DNA of 31,707 nt from a virus (Duplodnaviria; Caudoviricetes), in IMG/VR virus record IMGVR_UViG_3300025875_000079, positions 1 through 31,707 of that record. The stretch is one strand, 5' to 3'. The notes under the pieces are model-generated. The model saw only the letters and a list, made by a program, of their open reading frames with translations. It was not told where the DNA came from and made no database searches. Below are positions 1 through 10,100 of this stretch, one piece after another. The translations under genes and the position numbers were made by a program. Position 1 is the first letter of the stretch. The number at the start of each line of letters is the position of its first letter.

Positions 1-198
1 CACCCGCCCGCCGCTCCCGGTGCTGCCAGAAGCCAGAAAACCGCTACGCAGCCACCGCCCAAGCTGCGGCCCGCCTACCAGGTGGTGCCGTGGCCCGATA
101 GCAACGCCTTCCGCTTCGTGGCCCACAGCCTTACCGAGGAGCAGGTAGCGGTGCTTCGACAAGCCTGCGCCGCCGCTGGCATCCGAGAACAGCCCTGA
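1..198 (+). CDS. 3' end of a hypothetical protein, truncated by the window
   Basis: Frame 1 is open from base 1 to TGA at 196-198 (...YQVVPWPDSNAFRFVAHSLTEEQVAVLRQACAAAGIREQP*). Confidence 0.6.
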   Translation, partial: HPPAAPGAARSQKTATQPPPKLRPAYQVVPWPDSNAFRFVAHSLTEEQVAVLRQACAAAGIREQP

Positions 199-246
199 AT
201 ACTACCCTACCCAACCCCAGCACCGCCCACCGTATCCCCTACTGCT

Positions 247-492
247 ATGCGCCCCACGCTAACGGCTATCATCCTGCCCATCACCTGCCACGCCCCCGCA
301 CCGCAGCCCGGCTCCCGCACCTTCCTCATCTCGGAGATGACCACCGCCGCCCGCCGGGTAGCTGATATCAGCCGCAAGCATCCTTCGTGGCCCCAGTCAC
401 GCGTGCGGGCTACGGTGGCGCGGGAGCTCTCCATCAGCACCGTACAGCTACGGTACCTGCTACGCAAGGCCTCCGAGCAACTGCATTCGTAA
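247..492 (+). CDS. Small HTH DNA-binding protein, candidate late-gene activator
   Basis: 81 aa with C-terminal HTH pattern VARELSISTVQLRYLLRK. It ends directly at the tandem repeat upstream of the packaging operon. Confidence 0.6.
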   Translation: MRPTLTAIILPITCHAPAPQPGSRTFLISEMTTAARRVADISRKHPSWPQSRVRATVARELSISTVQLRYLLRKASEQLHS

Positions 493-570
493 TTGAGTTA
501 CGCTTTTGGCAGTTGAGTTACGCTTTTGGGCCGCGCCGTTTGCCAGGGCAGCTACGGAGTAGGAAGTTCG
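491..570 (+). promoter_or_regulatory. Putative late promoter with two tandem TTGAGTTACGCTTTTGG boxes
   Basis: 17-bp perfect direct repeat at 493-509 and 513-529 (20-bp pitch), then TTTG (539-542) and AGGAAGTTCG (561-570). The architecture recurs at 11832 (+) and 18051 (-). Confidence 0.75.
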
Positions 571-574
571 GGGT

Positions 575-1174
575 ATGGCATTATTCGACGCCCCCGATCA
601 TTTGCAATCCGACGCTATGCCGCCGGACAATCTGCGCCTGACCCGGCGTAATGCAAAAATAACGGCCCGCAAACCCAGGCAGACGGATGATGCCATCACG
701 CACCTTACGCCATTACCCGAATTCGAGGAATCGGTGCACATGGTCAGCAATGCGCGCTTTGACTTCTGGGACTTTGTCCCCGCTTTGATCAAAATGCGAG
801 AAGGCCAGCACATTACCCACCTGGTGGCCTCTACCTGGATTATCAACCGCATGAACCTGAAAGCCATGTTCGAGCTGTTCGACGCGGGCCAGATTCGCCA
901 AATCGACTTCATCACGGGCATCTATTTCAAGAGCCGCGAAACGGCCATCTTCAACGCGGCGGTGGAAGGGTTTCAGCAGCGTGGCCAGCGCTTCAAGGCT
1001 TTGCTCAACCACTCCAAGTTTATCAGCTGCCGTTTCAGCGACGGCGTATGCCTCACCATCGAAAGCAGCGCCAACTTCACCGAAAACGGCAACATCGAAA
1101 CCCATGTACTCACCAATAGCCCGGTGGTGTTCGCGTTTCACGCCGGTTGGATGCACAACTTACTCTCGAAATAA
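575..1174 (+). CDS. Phospholipase D-like (HxK) nuclease-fold protein
   Basis: NHSKF...IESSANFTENGNIE matches the PLD-superfamily HxK...(G/S)SAN...N.E pattern. Its stop overlaps the terS start (TAATG). Confidence 0.7.
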   Translation: MALFDAPDHLQSDAMPPDNLRLTRRNAKITARKPRQTDDAITHLTPLPEFEESVHMVSNARFDFWDFVPALIKMREGQHITHLVASTWIINRMNLKAMFELFDAGQIRQIDFITGIYFKSRETAIFNAAVEGFQQRGQRFKALLNHSKFISCRFSDGVCLTIESSANFTENGNIETHVLTNSPVVFAFHAGWMHNLLSK

Positions 1175-1596
1175 TGGCCGGCAAGAAGAGCAAAGCCACC
1201 GAAGCAGAAATCGTGGAGCGCGTCAACTTCGTGTTTGAGGCGCTCTGCGAAGGTGTGCTTAGCCGGGATATGTTCGAGTACGTAGCGAAGAAAAGGCCGG
1301 AGTGGGACGTAGCCGAACGCACCGTGCAGCGCTACGTGCAGCAGGCCAACGCCGAGTTCAAAAAGCTGGCCGCGAAAAACCGGGACCGGGAATTTGGGAA
1401 AGCTAACGCCCGGCTGAATACCTTGTTTCTGCGCAATCTGAAGGTGCAGGATTACAAGACAGCGCTGGCGGTGCAAAAGGAAATCAACAGCCTCTACGGC
1501 CTAAACGAACCAGAAAAGCACGAGGTCGAACACAGTGGCACCATGGGTCTCACCTGGAACGAGACGCGTACTTACGAGGGAGGGGAGACCGAATGA
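1174..1596 (+). CDS. terS: Terminase small subunit (putative)
   Basis: 140 aa from ATG 1174. HTH-like WDVAERTVQRYVQQA, helical core and KHEVEHSG-type tail. ATGA overlap with terL. Confidence 0.7.
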   Translation: MAGKKSKATEAEIVERVNFVFEALCEGVLSRDMFEYVAKKRPEWDVAERTVQRYVQQANAEFKKLAAKNRDREFGKANARLNTLFLRNLKVQDYKTALAVQKEINSLYGLNEPEKHEVEHSGTMGLTWNETRTYEGGETE

Positions 1597-3116
1597 AGCT
1601 GACGCTCAAACAGACGAAAGCCCTCGATATTTTGGAGGATGCTACCACCACGGAGCTGCTGTATGGCGGCGGCGCCGGCGGTGGCAAGTCTGCGTTGGGC
1701 ACCTACTGGGTGTTGAAGAACTGCTTCAAGTACCCCGGCTCCCGCTGGCTCATTGGCCGTGCCAAGCTCAAAAACCTGAAGGAGACGACCTTGCTCACCC
1801 TCTTCGAGGTGATGAACCGCCAAGGCATCACCGCTGGCCAATACAAGTACAACGAGCAGGCTGGCACCATCACGTTTCGCAACGGTAGCCTCATCTTCCT
1901 GAAGGACCTATTTCAGTACCCTTCGGACCGGAACTTTGATAGCCTGGGCTCTATGGAGCTTACCGGTGCTTTTGTGGATGAGTGTAATCAGATCGTCAGC
2001 AAGGCCTGGGGTATTGTCAAGTCGCGTGTTCGTTACCGGCTCAACTACTACTGCCACCAGTGTGGGCGGCCCAATGCGGCTGATCCAGACCCCGAGAAAA
2101 AGCAATCGGGTAACGAGGTGCTGAGCTATGACGACAACGGAGAACCCAACAAGTGGCACTGCCGTGGATGTGGCTGCATCACGAAAGGGCTGACACCGAA
2201 GATACTGGGTAGCTGTAACCCCGCTAAGAACTGGGTGTATGCCACCTTCTACAAGCCGAACAAAGATGGGGTGCTCAAGCCCTATCGTCGTTTCGTGCAG
2301 TCGCTGTTGTCGGATAATAAATATACGCCAGCAGTGTATCGTGAGTCGCTGCTGACACTTGATTCAGCTAGTATTCAGCGCCTGTTACACGGTAACTGGG
2401 ACTACGACGATGACCCCGCTACGCTGATTGCTTTTGCTCGCATTGTCGACTTGTTCACCAATGAGTTTATCCCCAGTGGGGAGCCTGCTATTACGGCTGA
2501 CGTGGCGCGTTACGGCTCAGACAAGGCCGTGATAGGCCTGTGGTTGGGCTTTCGCTTGATGCAGGTAGTGGTTATGGACAAGAGCAAGACCACCGAGCTA
2601 GCGCAGGCTATTCGCAAGCTGGCCACCGACTTCAAAGTACCCATGTCCCGCATCGTAGTCGACGAAGACGGCGTGGGTGGTGGCGTAGTCGACCAGCTGC
2701 CCGGCTGCATTGGCTTCCTGAATGGCGGCCGCCCTATGCCTTCACTAGAAGAGATCGAGCGCGCCAAGCGTGAAGGACGTGAGCCGAAGCCCGAAAACTT
2801 CGAAAACCTCAAGGCTCAGTGCTACTACCTACTCGCTGGCTGCATCAATGCTGCTGGCATGTACATCGCTGAGAAGGCTACCACCGCAGAGCAACGCGAG
2901 TTGATCATGCAGGAACTAGGCGTCATCAAGCGGCGCGACATGGATAAGGACGGCCCTTTGCGCATCCTGAGCAAGGATGAGGTGAAGGAAATCATTGGCC
3001 GCTCACCTGACTACTCGGACATGATGGCCCAGCGCATGCGCCTGGAGCTTCAGCCACCACCACCAACTCCCATCCGTCACTCCCAATCCTTCGGCGCTAT
3101 GTCGCGCCGCCGCTAG
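1593..3116 (+). CDS. terL: Terminase large subunit
   Basis: Walker A LLYGGGAGGGKS, Walker B GAFVDE, motif III GSCNP, and RNase H-like nuclease motifs ITADVARYGSD and RSPDYSD. Confidence 0.96.
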   Translation: MKLTLKQTKALDILEDATTTELLYGGGAGGGKSALGTYWVLKNCFKYPGSRWLIGRAKLKNLKETTLLTLFEVMNRQGITAGQYKYNEQAGTITFRNGSLIFLKDLFQYPSDRNFDSLGSMELTGAFVDECNQIVSKAWGIVKSRVRYRLNYYCHQCGRPNAADPDPEKKQSGNEVLSYDDNGEPNKWHCRGCGCITKGLTPKILGSCNPAKNWVYATFYKPNKDGVLKPYRRFVQSLLSDNKYTPAVYRESLLTLDSASIQRLLHGNWDYDDDPATLIAFARIVDLFTNEFIPSGEPAITADVARYGSDKAVIGLWLGFRLMQVVVMDKSKTTELAQAIRKLATDFKVPMSRIVVDEDGVGGGVVDQLPGCIGFLNGGRPMPSLEEIERAKREGREPKPENFENLKAQCYYLLAGCINAAGMYIAEKATTAEQRELIMQELGVIKRRDMDKDGPLRILSKDEVKEIIGRSPDYSDMMAQRMRLELQPPPPTPIRHSQSFGAMSRRR

Positions 3117-3119
3117 TCT

Positions 3120-3839
3120 ATGCCCTACGCCCTCGAACTTCCGCTATCCGGACGCCTCGTCCTCCTGCCCGACTGCTGGCAGGACGTAACGCTGGCCCAG
3201 GCCGATGCTTTGCAGCACACCCAGGACCTCTACGACACGCTGGCTATCCTGTGTGGTGTCGCTCCGGAGCATGTGATGCAGTGGCCCGCTGCGGTGCTCA
3301 CGGACGAACTGCAGGAGGCGCTGAGCTTCTTGCAGGTTCCCATGCCCGAGCTGACCGGCCTACCCGTACCCTCGCACCTGGTGCTACCTGGCACTGGCAA
3401 GTACGGCCTGGTGTCACTGCCCCTGCCGCAGGATATCAGCGCCCACAGCTTCGGGCAAGCGGCCGACCTGGGCGCCGTGCTCTCGGACGCCAGCCTGAGC
3501 CCCTTCCAGCAGCATGCCCGCGTGCTGGCCATCTACTTCTACTCAGCCTACTACCGCTGCGCCTACGACTCGGACGGGGTAGATGCCTTTGCGGCTATCT
3601 GCAGCCAGGCCACCCTCGCCGAGGCGCTGCCGCTCACTGCTTTTTTTTTGGGCAGTACGAGCGCATCCGGCAAGCCCATGCCCAGCAGCTCAAGCGGGTT
3701 CCGCTCACGGCTGCGGAGCGCACGGCGGGCGTGGACAAGCTGGTGCAGCAGTGGGATACGGTGGCCGTCGTGGATGCGCTGGCCAGTGGCGACAAAACGC
3801 GTTGGCCGTATTTCTTCCGCCTCTCGTGGGCCGAAGTGA
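3120..3839 (+). CDS. Putative tail assembly chaperone, 0-frame (G-like) product
   Basis: 239-aa ORF. The sequence turns low-complexity (S/R-rich) after AFFL at the T9 tract. Confidence 0.6.
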   Translation: MPYALELPLSGRLVLLPDCWQDVTLAQADALQHTQDLYDTLAILCGVAPEHVMQWPAAVLTDELQEALSFLQVPMPELTGLPVPSHLVLPGTGKYGLVSLPLPQDISAHSFGQAADLGAVLSDASLSPFQQHARVLAIYFYSAYYRCAYDSDGVDAFAAICSQATLAEALPLTAFFLGSTSASGKPMPSSSSGFRSRLRSARRAWTSWCSSGIRWPSWMRWPVATKRVGRISSASRGPK

Positions 3840-3919
3840 ACGTGATGATTGAGTACGAAAACCATCAGGCGCACGTCCGCTACCGGCTGCGCCAGCAACA
3901 GGAGAAACAGAGGAAATGA
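3120..3919 (+). CDS. Putative tail assembly chaperone, -1 frameshift (GT-like) product, ~266 aa
   Basis: A -1 slip at T TTT TTT (3641-3649) joins to ...GQYERIRQ...VVDALASGDKTRW...QEKQRK*. The stop at 3917-3919 overlaps the next ATG. Confidence 0.7.
3641..3649 (+). other. Slippery T9 tract (programmed -1 frameshift candidate)
   Basis: GCT TTT TTT TTG in frame 0 fits the X XXY YYZ heptamer, and the -1 frame stays open for 90 codons. Confidence 0.7.
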
Positions 3920-4530
3920 CCGACATGGAATGCAGGATAGGCTACATCCTCCATAAGCTCAAAAAGGAATTCAACCAACCCGCCAACACGATGAATCTAT
4001 CTACCGCTCAACTTACGCTAAGGTCAGCACTATTTCTTGACTTAGACCACACCCTTATTCGCCCCAAGTCTGGCGAAACCTTTCCAAAGGATGCAGATGA
4101 CTGGGAGTTCATGCCCAAGATGCTCAATGCACTGTGGTATGACATTCACCACACTGAACGGCCTATTGTTATCGTCACCAACCAGGGTGGCGTACAGGCT
4201 GGCTATCATACGCAGGAAGAGATAGAAGCCAAGCTAACCAAGGTGGAAGCAGAGTTGGTCACGTTCCTGCGGGGAAACTTCGAATACAAATACCCTGTCG
4301 AGGTATACAGCTATGCGGCATATGCTGACAATTATTACCGCAAGCCGCTGCCCGGCATGGCCTATCAGGCGGCGTGTGAGATCGGGCTTGATCTGAGTAA
4401 GTCGCACATGATTGGAGACATGGAGTCTGACCGGCAGTTTGCCAAGAACGCAGGCATGAGCTTTCAGTATGTAGATAGTTATCTGGGTAATCTGAGTTAC
4501 ACGGCGCCTACGCGGGTGCGCCAAGGCTAG
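3916..4530 (+). CDS. HAD-IIIA phosphatase, polynucleotide 3'-phosphatase (PNK3P)/GmhB-like; alternative start ATG 3991
   Basis: Motifs LDLDHTLIRPKSGETFPKDADDWEF, VTNQGG, RKPLPGM and MIGDMESD. Confidence 0.88.
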   Translation: MTDMECRIGYILHKLKKEFNQPANTMNLSTAQLTLRSALFLDLDHTLIRPKSGETFPKDADDWEFMPKMLNALWYDIHHTERPIVIVTNQGGVQAGYHTQEEIEAKLTKVEAELVTFLRGNFEYKYPVEVYSYAAYADNYYRKPLPGMAYQAACEIGLDLSKSHMIGDMESDRQFAKNAGMSFQYVDSYLGNLSYTAPTRVRQG

Positions 4531-4536
4531 GAAACG

Positions 4537-5001
4537 ATGAACCTACCCCACACCCTCCTGCAAGCCGCTGCCACTGCCGTGCTTCCTGGCCTCACCTGGC
4601 TACACGGAGAGCAGGCGTTTGCCAACATCCAACTGGATCAGACCAGCAGCGCCGACCGCATCGTGTTCCTCGATGACAAGATGCCCTACCAGTTCGTGGT
4701 CAACAAGTTCGGGCAGCTAACGGGTGTGCGCTATTCGTGCCTGCTCATGCTGTTGGTGCCCTCCGACCTGAACGATACCCCCGAAGCACGCCTACCCCGC
4801 GTGTCGGCCATGGTGGAGGCCTCGGCCCGGCTGCTGGCAGCCCTGGCTGGCCAGGTGCAAGCTGTGCGGCAAGTGCGGCCCGCGGAAGTGGTGAACGTAG
4901 GCCCCTTCGACCGGCCGGTGGATGGGGTGGTACTCTACCTTGATATCACGCTGAAAGGCAGCGTGAATGTGTGCCTACCCTTAGAGCAACCACAAGTATG
5001 A
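4537..5001 (+). CDS. Phage structural protein, possible tail terminator
   Basis: 154 aa with phage-like GC-rich codons, located among neck and tail genes. Function is positional inference. Confidence 0.45.
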   Translation: MNLPHTLLQAAATAVLPGLTWLHGEQAFANIQLDQTSSADRIVFLDDKMPYQFVVNKFGQLTGVRYSCLLMLLVPSDLNDTPEARLPRVSAMVEASARLLAALAGQVQAVRQVRPAEVVNVGPFDRPVDGVVLYLDITLKGSVNVCLPLEQPQV

Positions 5002-5243
5002 CGAATAAACTCAAAGCAATTATCTGGGCTCTCACGATTAGCCTGTTTGTGGTGCCGCTTGCTGAACTGTTTTTCAGCCTGATTTTCTACGACTATACCA
5101 CCATGCTCCGCAACCAGTGGACTATCATTATCTGTTTCTGGCTAAGTGGCACCCATACCACCGACGAAGCGGTGTACCGCCATGATGTGGAGTTGTACCG
5201 AGTTCCGACTTGGATGCGTGGTAGGCGAAACGTTGGTTGGTGA
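4998..5243 (+). CDS. Small membrane protein
   Basis: ATG 4998 overlaps the previous stop (ATGA). 81 aa with hydrophobic segments AIIWALTISLFVVPLAELFFSLIF and WTIIICFWL. More AT-rich than its neighbours. Confidence 0.6.
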   Translation: MTNKLKAIIWALTISLFVVPLAELFFSLIFYDYTTMLRNQWTIIICFWLSGTHTTDEAVYRHDVELYRVPTWMRGRRNVGW

Positions 5244-5244
5244 T

Positions 5245-5694
5245 ATGACCGACTTCTCCGAAATCCTCAGCCGCGAGCTGCTGCGCCTCAAGCAGGACGT
5301 AGGCGACCAGATGGCGGCCAATGACCAGATAGCCACCGGCCGCACCCTGGCCGCCGTGCGTGAAGTAGTAGCGCCCAACCTGGGCCTGCTGTTGGGCCCC
5401 ACCCACGTGCGCTACCTGCGTGATGGCCGCGGCCCCGGCGGCGTGTCGGTGCAGGCTATCCGGGAGTGGATTGCCGCCAAGCGCCTGCCGCTGAACCCCT
5501 ACGCGGTGGCGGCCAAGATCAGCGCGGAGGGCACCCGCCTGTTCCGCGGCGAAGACCCGCGCTTCAGCAAGCCGACCGATACGTTTCAAGCGCCGATTCA
5601 GGCCGCCCTGCCCCGCCTGCGCCTGGCCCTACGCGACGCCGTGCGCAGTAGGCTCAAAAGTGAGATTGCCACTGTCCTCCCCCGAACGCTGTAA
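5245..5694 (+). CDS. Neck/tail-completion protein (HK97 gp10-like)
   Basis: 149 aa from ATG 5245. ATGRT...YLRDGRGPGG...IREWI...AVAAKISAEGT pattern typical of this family. Confidence 0.6.
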   Translation: MTDFSEILSRELLRLKQDVGDQMAANDQIATGRTLAAVREVVAPNLGLLLGPTHVRYLRDGRGPGGVSVQAIREWIAAKRLPLNPYAVAAKISAEGTRLFRGEDPRFSKPTDTFQAPIQAALPRLRLALRDAVRSRLKSEIATVLPRTL

Positions 5695-5697
5695 GCC

Positions 5698-7158
5698 ATG
5701 CCCGCCCAGGAATTCTCCATGCTGCCGAATTTTCCCGCCGTTGCCTGTGGCGCCGGCGGGGGCGGCAGCATCACGTTTACGCTGCGCACGGCCCGGCCGG
5801 CTAGCAATGGGCAGTATACGCTGGGCTACGAGCTCAGCACCCAGGCCGGCGCCTACGTGAACAGCTACGCCTACCTCGATGGCAACACCGAGCACCAGTT
5901 CACGGTCACGGGCCTAAAGGATGGCGCCTACGCGCTGCGCGTCTACAACCACTACGGCGACGAAATAACGCGCACCTTCTCCGTGGCGTGTGGCGTTAGC
6001 AGCAACCCTACCACGTCCCCCGGCGCGCCCGCCTGCGACCTGTCCATCAGCAACGTGGTGCCCGCGCTACCCAGCGGTGCCCGCTATGGCTCCCTCAGCT
6101 TCACGGTGGCCACCAGCGCCGCGTACTTCGAGGCCGCCATCACCGAGCGCGCCACCGGGCAGCAGGCAGGTGTATTCGGCAAGCTTTCCTCCGGCACGTA
6201 TGAGCAGCAGGTCCTACCTATTGGCAGCTACCGCCTCTCGGCTACCGATGCGCGCGGCTGCACGAAGTCGGCTGACTTCGAGATAGCCGCCCCGGTGGTG
6301 TCAGGCTGCACGAATCCGTTTGCCAGCAATTACAACGCCGCCGCTACCCAGGACGATGGCAGCTGCCAGCTGCCCGGCTCCGAGTGGTTTGCCGTCGGCG
6401 CGTTGTGGCCCCGGCCGGCGCTGCTGCCCACCCCCGTTACCAGCCTGCTCGATGCCCAGCGGCAGCCCCGCCGGGGCCTGGTGGTGGAAGTGGAGCTCAC
6501 CCGCCTAGGCGAGTCGACGCCCTTTTTCAGCCTGCGCAAAGCCGTGCGCAATACGGCAACGTCCGTGGATGCTGAGCCCTACCTGCGCAGCCAGCTGGAC
6601 ACCGAGGCCGCACCCGTTCGCACCGATGTGCGCGTCGACTACACCGCTACCCTGGCTTTCACCTACCGCTACCGCGAAGTAGATGCTGTGGGGGCTGGTG
6701 AGTGGCGTCAGCATCCGGCTACTCATTACGCCGTGCTCAGCGCGCCGGAGAGCCGGCTAGCCCCTTACGTGGCCGGCAACAATGCCCTGCCCTTGTCGGC
6801 CTTCGTGGAACCCACGCAGTTCGTAGGGCTCCCGCTGGAGGTGTCGGCTATCCTGCCCGCCGGCCGCGCGGGCAACTGGTACGCGCAGTGGCGCTACCTG
6901 CAAGCGGGCCGCGAAGTGGAAATCCGCAGTGTGGCCCTGGCCGCGGCCTTACCCGCGGGCCTGGTGCGTCTGCGCGTGCCGCCCGACCCACCGGTGTGCG
7001 CCGATAGCGTGGAGCTAACGCTAACAGACGTGAGCCGCGCCTACCAGGGTAACTGCCTGGCTATGGTGGCGGCTCCTGCCCCTTCCTCCAAGCCCACCCG
7101 ACCGCAGGCAGCCCGGGACTTCTCTTCCCTCGACTTCAACCCGACCGATTACCGCTAA
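5698..7158 (+). CDS. Tail structural protein: N-terminal Ig/SprB-like beta domains plus a distal-tail-like region
   Basis: YRLSATDARGCT (SprB-like), GCTNPFASNYNAAATQDDGSC repeat and C-terminal DFSSLDF motif. TAATG-coupled to the fibre gene. Confidence 0.6.
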   Translation: MPAQEFSMLPNFPAVACGAGGGGSITFTLRTARPASNGQYTLGYELSTQAGAYVNSYAYLDGNTEHQFTVTGLKDGAYALRVYNHYGDEITRTFSVACGVSSNPTTSPGAPACDLSISNVVPALPSGARYGSLSFTVATSAAYFEAAITERATGQQAGVFGKLSSGTYEQQVLPIGSYRLSATDARGCTKSADFEIAAPVVSGCTNPFASNYNAAATQDDGSCQLPGSEWFAVGALWPRPALLPTPVTSLLDAQRQPRRGLVVEVELTRLGESTPFFSLRKAVRNTATSVDAEPYLRSQLDTEAAPVRTDVRVDYTATLAFTYRYREVDAVGAGEWRQHPATHYAVLSAPESRLAPYVAGNNALPLSAFVEPTQFVGLPLEVSAILPAGRAGNWYAQWRYLQAGREVEIRSVALAAALPAGLVRLRVPPDPPVCADSVELTLTDVSRAYQGNCLAMVAAPAPSSKPTRPQAARDFSSLDFNPTDYR

Positions 7159-10100
7159 TGGCTACCCAGCAACAATACGATCAACTCATTGCCGCCTTCG
7201 AGGATGGGGGCGGCAACACGGCCAAGGAACTGCGAGATGCCCTCAGTGCTTTTCGTGATGACCTCCTAGGTCTGAAGCAAAACGGCGCGGCCCTCATCCC
7301 CCTGTTTGGGGGTGGCGCGCCCTCATCTGCCATTGGCAGCAATGGCCAGACCTACACCAACACGGTGAATGGCTACGTCTACCAAAAGCAGGCTGGGGCT
7401 TGGCAGTTCCAGTACATCGCCAAGGGCAAGGACGGCAGCACGCCGCGGGCGGGTATTGACTACCAGCAGCCCGGCGCCGGTGCCGATGGCGAGGATGGCA
7501 ACCGCATCCACGATAAGAACTACGCGCCCAGAACATCCGACAACGCGAGTGTGGGCGGGCAGGCGAACCTGGAAGGGGACCAGTGGTTTTACACCATCAG
7601 CCTGAGCAGCTACGAGCGCTACGCGTTTCTGGCGGGGCAGTGGACACTGGTTTTTCGGAAAGCTGAGAGTGCGGCGTCCGCTCCAGCCACCAATCAGGCG
7701 CCTACGCTTACCCAGGCCTCTCCCGCGTCCGGCCCAGCTGGTACCCAAATAGTGCTGACCGGTACCAACCTGTCAGGCGCCATTGTGGCCTTCAACGGCA
7801 CAGCAGCGGCCCCCATCTCCAATACGGCCACGCAAATTGTGGTAAACGTACCAACCGGTGCCACTACGGGTAACATAACAGCCACTACCAGTAACGGCTC
7901 GGCTACGCTGTACTTCGTGGTAACGGTACCGGCTACTACCACGCCCGCTAACCAAGCGCCAACGGTAACCATAGCCGGATCCAGTTCTACGGTTAATACC
8001 GGCCAAAGTGTAACCCTCACGGCTTCGCCCTACGACGCAGACGGAACCATTGCCAAGGTCGAGTATTTCGACAACGGCGTAAAGGTTGGTGAAACGACTA
8101 GTGCGCCACATAGCATCCTGACGCCCGGCCTCTCGCAAGGTGCCCACAGCTTCACAGCCAGAGCCACCGACGATAAAGGTGCCACAGGTATTTCGGCCAC
8201 TCCCTTCTCGGTGAGTGTTTCTACGCCCCAGACGGTGTACAATGGCAGCTACACCGCCCGGTGCGGGGTAGATAAGGCGGGAACCGGTAGTGATGTAACG
8301 CGCACGGCGCAAGGCGCTACGCAGGCGGAAGCTGATGCAGCGGCGCGCAATGCGGCTATTGCGGCGCTGGTGTGCACGGTGTCACAGGATACGCCCGTGG
8401 TCTACACGGCACAATCTTCCGATTTCCACAACAACGCCTACGACGAGTCGATTAGCGGCACCACGGCCCGCCGTCGTTCAGCGCTGGCCTACGTGACACA
8501 CCAGTTCAGCAACGGCCTGCCTGCCTATGCGGATATACGTTTTGTAGCGCCAGTTCACGGCACCACCTCGCCCAGCTCGCAGATTGGTATAGCTGTATTG
8601 ACGGATGGCAACTATACGGGCATGGCAACGGCGGCCTCCAAGGCCGAGCAAACCGTACGGCTAACGTTTAGTGTGGCTAGCGGCAGCCACACACTAACAT
8701 TTGGAGAAGGACTACAGGAGGAATTAAGCAACCTGAATTTCGCGGGTTGCCACATCATTGATATTACCTATCCTGCTAATACGGCCTACACGGTTGTTGC
8801 GCCCGACCTCTCAAAACCGCCTTTCTTCTTTGATACGGACAGCATCGGTGTTGGTGTGGGCGCGACCATTGCGCAAACACATGCATTTATTGTTCAGGTA
8901 GCGCAGTATCTAACGGGCTTTCGTTGTATTGCGTTAGGCGCGGGGCGTAGAAGAATTGATACGAGCTACGACACGGATGCCAAACGCACCGGTATGTTAG
9001 ACCGCATGGCTGCTTATGGCGGCAATATGAGCGGCGCGGCGCATTCGCTACAAATGACCTACAACGATGCGGGCAGTGGTGGCACGGTGGCAAACAGTTC
9101 GGCTATTGCTGGCACATGGTTGGATGCAATCAAGGGGCGCTTTCCGAATATGATACGAGTAGTGCAAACGGCGCTGCCTTCTACCAATGATTCAACGCTT
9201 AAACTACCAGACTGGCGTACGGCGCTGGCAAAAGTGGGCAACGACAGAAGCATCAAGGTTATCGACGGTTTGAGCCTGTTAGATAATCCAGCCCCGGGCG
9301 TTGATACAGTAGATGGTATTCATCCTGGAAGTGGGGCTATTAGCGCGAAATACGCCCCGCGTTGGTTGGCTGCCTACAATGCAAAAGCAGTGCTGGGGCA
9401 GCCCTTGATTCTTCATGGCTGGGAGGGCAATAACAGCGGCGCACGGTGGGAAGACATCGGCGGCGGGGGCAATCATGCTATACAGGATATTGTGTCCAGG
9501 CAGCCAAGTTTTAACGGTACTGTTTTCGGGAAAAAAGCAGCCCTTTTCACCCAAGACACCTTGCAGTTTATGATGGTAAACGCGCTGGCTCAACAAAGCG
9601 GCGCGTACACGATCATCTTTACCTGTCGCTCAACGTCGGCACAAACGAGCCAGTTTATTTTCGACACGGAACGGGGTCGGATTGCGGCGTATGCGAAAGG
9701 GTTGGACAACGACCAGTCTGGTTACTATTCTGCAGCAACAGGCGGCACGATCAGCGGCGTACGAGGCGTACGCTTCAATGCCGAACAGGACACGTTTGTA
9801 GCTATTGTACTCGGGGCCACTAGTAGCACAATGATTGTGAACGACACTGTAACAACAGGTATCCCGCCCGGAGTGACACGTTTTCAAACGAGTATCCGAC
9901 TCGGGGCCGCTATCGATAAGACGGATGCTAATGGGACGCTAGGGCGCTTTTTTGGTCCGATAGGCTGTTATGAGGTGTGGCCGGGTGAGTTGACATTGGA
10001 GCAAATAAACGTGCGAAAAGCCATTGCCACAACGGGCGGTTCTGGTGGGGGAGGTAGCACCCAAGATGTCCTGATCCAGCAAACGGAAGCCTCTACACCA

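Noticed and set aside
493-529. CRISPR mini-array
   Set aside because: Only two 17-bp copies 3 bp apart, with no spacers and no cas genes. Better explained as operator boxes.
2043-2186. Intein in TerL
   Set aside because: Too short, and lacks the C-terminal His-Asn splice motif.
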